Assembly (NCBI GenBank): GCA_965661285.1
Contig: CBFIDD010000002.1
Coordinates: 12,611 to 76,610, forward strand
DNA: 64,000 bases
Reading direction: 5' to 3'
Origin: Poseidonia sp.
GTDB lineage: Archaea; Thermoplasmatota; Poseidoniia; Poseidoniales; Poseidoniaceae
Shown here: positions 62,730 through 64,000 of the stretch, one piece after another
How positions within the stretch are numbered: position 1 is the stretch's first letter
How the letters are laid out: every line of letters begins with the position of its first letter
Made by a program: the position numbers and the translations under genes
The notes under the pieces: model-generated
Database searches by the model: none
Told to the model about the DNA's origin: nothing
What the model saw: only the letters and a program-made list of their open reading frames with translations

Positions 62730-63668
62730 ATGGCAAGCGGTCGTCGAAAAATTGCGGTAATTGGAGCAGGGAATGTTGGAGCAACGTGTGCTTTTGTCCT
62801 CGCACAAATGAAAATCGCTGATATTTTTCTCCTCGACATCTATGAGGGTTTCGCGAAAGGTAAGGCCCTTGACATGTCCCAGAACGCCAATGTCTTGAAC
62901 TACAACGGTACCATCACGGGGACGTCGGATTACCAAGACATTGCGGGAGCAGAAGTTGTTGTTGTCACATCGGGTTTCCCTCGCCAACCGGGTATGACCC
63001 GAGAAGACCTGATCGGCAAAAATGCCGATATTGTCTCTCAGGTTGGAACAGGTATCAAGGACCACGCACCCGATGCCGTGGTCATCGTGGTCACCAACCC
63101 GCTTGACTTGATGACGTACCACATGCAGCAAGTAACGGGTTTTCCGCCTGAACGCGTCATCGGACAAGCAGGTGTTCTCGACAGTGCACGAATGGCTCAC
63201 TTCATTGCGTTGGAGTTGAATTGTGCAGAGGAGGATGTTTCTCCTATGGTCTTGGGTGGGCACGGCGATACCATGGTGCCGCTGCCAAGGTACACCACCG
63301 TTGGTGGGATTCCAATTACGCAGTTGATGGACCAAGACCGAATTGATGCCATCAGTGCCAGAACGGCGAGCGGTGGTGGAGAAATCGTCAAGCTCCTTGA
63401 GCGAGGTTCAGCGTTCTACGCACCCGGTTCGGCGGCTGCCATCATGGCGGAATCGGTGTTAAACGACCGCCGTCGCCTCATACCCGCCTCCTGTCTTCTC
63501 ACGGGACAGTACGGACTCAGCGATGTCTACATCGGTGTTCCGTGCATCATAGGTGCGAACGGTGTCGAACAAATCTTTGAATTGGAGTTGACCGATGATG
63601 AACTTCAATCGCTGCAGGGCTCCGGTGAATTCTACAAAGGTCAACTCAAGGATGTCCTCGGCTACTGA
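62730..63668 (+). CDS. mdh: malate dehydrogenase (LDH-like MDH family)
   Basis: KIAVIGAGNVGATCAF, GFPRQPGMTREDL (the substrate Arg in this position suggests MDH), VTNPLD and GGHGDTMVPL. Confidence 0.9.
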   Translation: MASGRRKIAVIGAGNVGATCAFVLAQMKIADIFLLDIYEGFAKGKALDMSQNANVLNYNGTITGTSDYQDIAGAEVVVVTSGFPRQPGMTREDLIGKNADIVSQVGTGIKDHAPDAVVIVVTNPLDLMTYHMQQVTGFPPERVIGQAGVLDSARMAHFIALELNCAEEDVSPMVLGGHGDTMVPLPRYTTVGGIPITQLMDQDRIDAISARTASGGGEIVKLLERGSAFYAPGSAAAIMAESVLNDRRRLIPASCLLTGQYGLSDVYIGVPCIIGANGVEQIFELELTDDELQSLQGSGEFYKGQLKDVLGY

Positions 63669-64000
63669 GCCCTGACGATGCAAAGGCTTCGGTCTTTGCC
63701 TCGGGTGGTGGCGTCTTCGACAGGATTATCCTGAACGACGAGTTTGTGCCCTTGCTTTCCTCGGCTTCGCATTCGTGTGAGGACTTCCTGACCGATATAG
63801 CAGCCTTTCTGCGGATGGACCAGTTCATCAAGTCCACACGCAAGTGGGTGCCATTTGGCTGTGATTTCGTGGCCGTAATACGGAATGGAACGGTCAATAC
63901 GGTACTCATCCCACACTGCCTTGTCCACCGTGGGCTCGATGTTGTGTTTCACCGGTACGACGTACATGGTGCCGAAAAAGGAGGGATGGATCGTTGCGTC
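63662..64000 (-). CDS. folate-binding YgfZ/GcvT-like protein, C-terminal part (5' end outside window)
   Basis: The KGCYIGQEVLTRMRSRG motif is characteristic of YgfZ/aminomethyltransferase-fold proteins. The reading frame stays open to the window edge. It overlaps the mdh stop by 7 nt (convergent). Confidence 0.6.
   Translation of the reverse strand, partial: DATIHPSFFGTMYVVPVKHNIEPTVDKAVWDEYRIDRSIPYYGHEITAKWHPLACGLDELVHPQKGCYIGQEVLTRMRSRGKQGHKLVVQDNPVEDATTRGKDRSLCIVRAQ

Overview
Gene-dense (roughly 90% coding) chromosomal segment of an archaeon. The archaeal assignment rests on archaeal-type AlaRS, RtcB, archease, a dimer-type tRNA-splicing endonuclease, geranylgeranyl reductase, a ~300-nt archaeal SRP RNA, and TATA-like hexamers about 27 nt upstream of all three RNA genes. 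The many secreted proteins carrying thrombospondin-type-3 (DxDxDG) calcium-binding repeats, the peptidases and the amino-acid catabolic genes suggest an uncultured marine Thermoplasmatota (MGII/Poseidoniales-like) organism; this taxon call is inference only. I support about 50 CDSs, tRNA-Ser(GGA), tRNA-Thr(GGU) and an SRP (7S) RNA. I see no rRNA, CRISPR array, transposase or integrase. The strongest candidate for something new is the locus at 15.8-20.5 kb. It holds a small ORF translationally coupled to a family-B DNA polymerase with no recognisable proofreading motifs and a degenerate motif C (PolB2/Dpo2-like), a RadB/ImuA-like mini-RecA ATPase, and an intact Y-family DinB polymerase. Together these resemble an archaeal analogue of the bacterial imuA-imuB-dnaE2 mutasome cassette. 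Other items worth a second look: (1) a TatC with a ~180-aa Cys/His-rich C-terminal extension, flanked by two genes with twin-arginine leaders (a reeler-like protein and an M6 metalloprotease); (2) a PNGase F homologue fused to TSP3 repeats with an RR plus lipobox leader; (3) an orphan CcmE of the archaeal CxxxY type; (4) an archease / HldE-like kinase / wHTH-TerB-repeat operon divergent from endA; (5) a TSP3-repeat adhesin with an embedded lipoyl/biotinyl-like barrel-sandwich segment. All functional calls come from motif recognition by eye. No database search was run.
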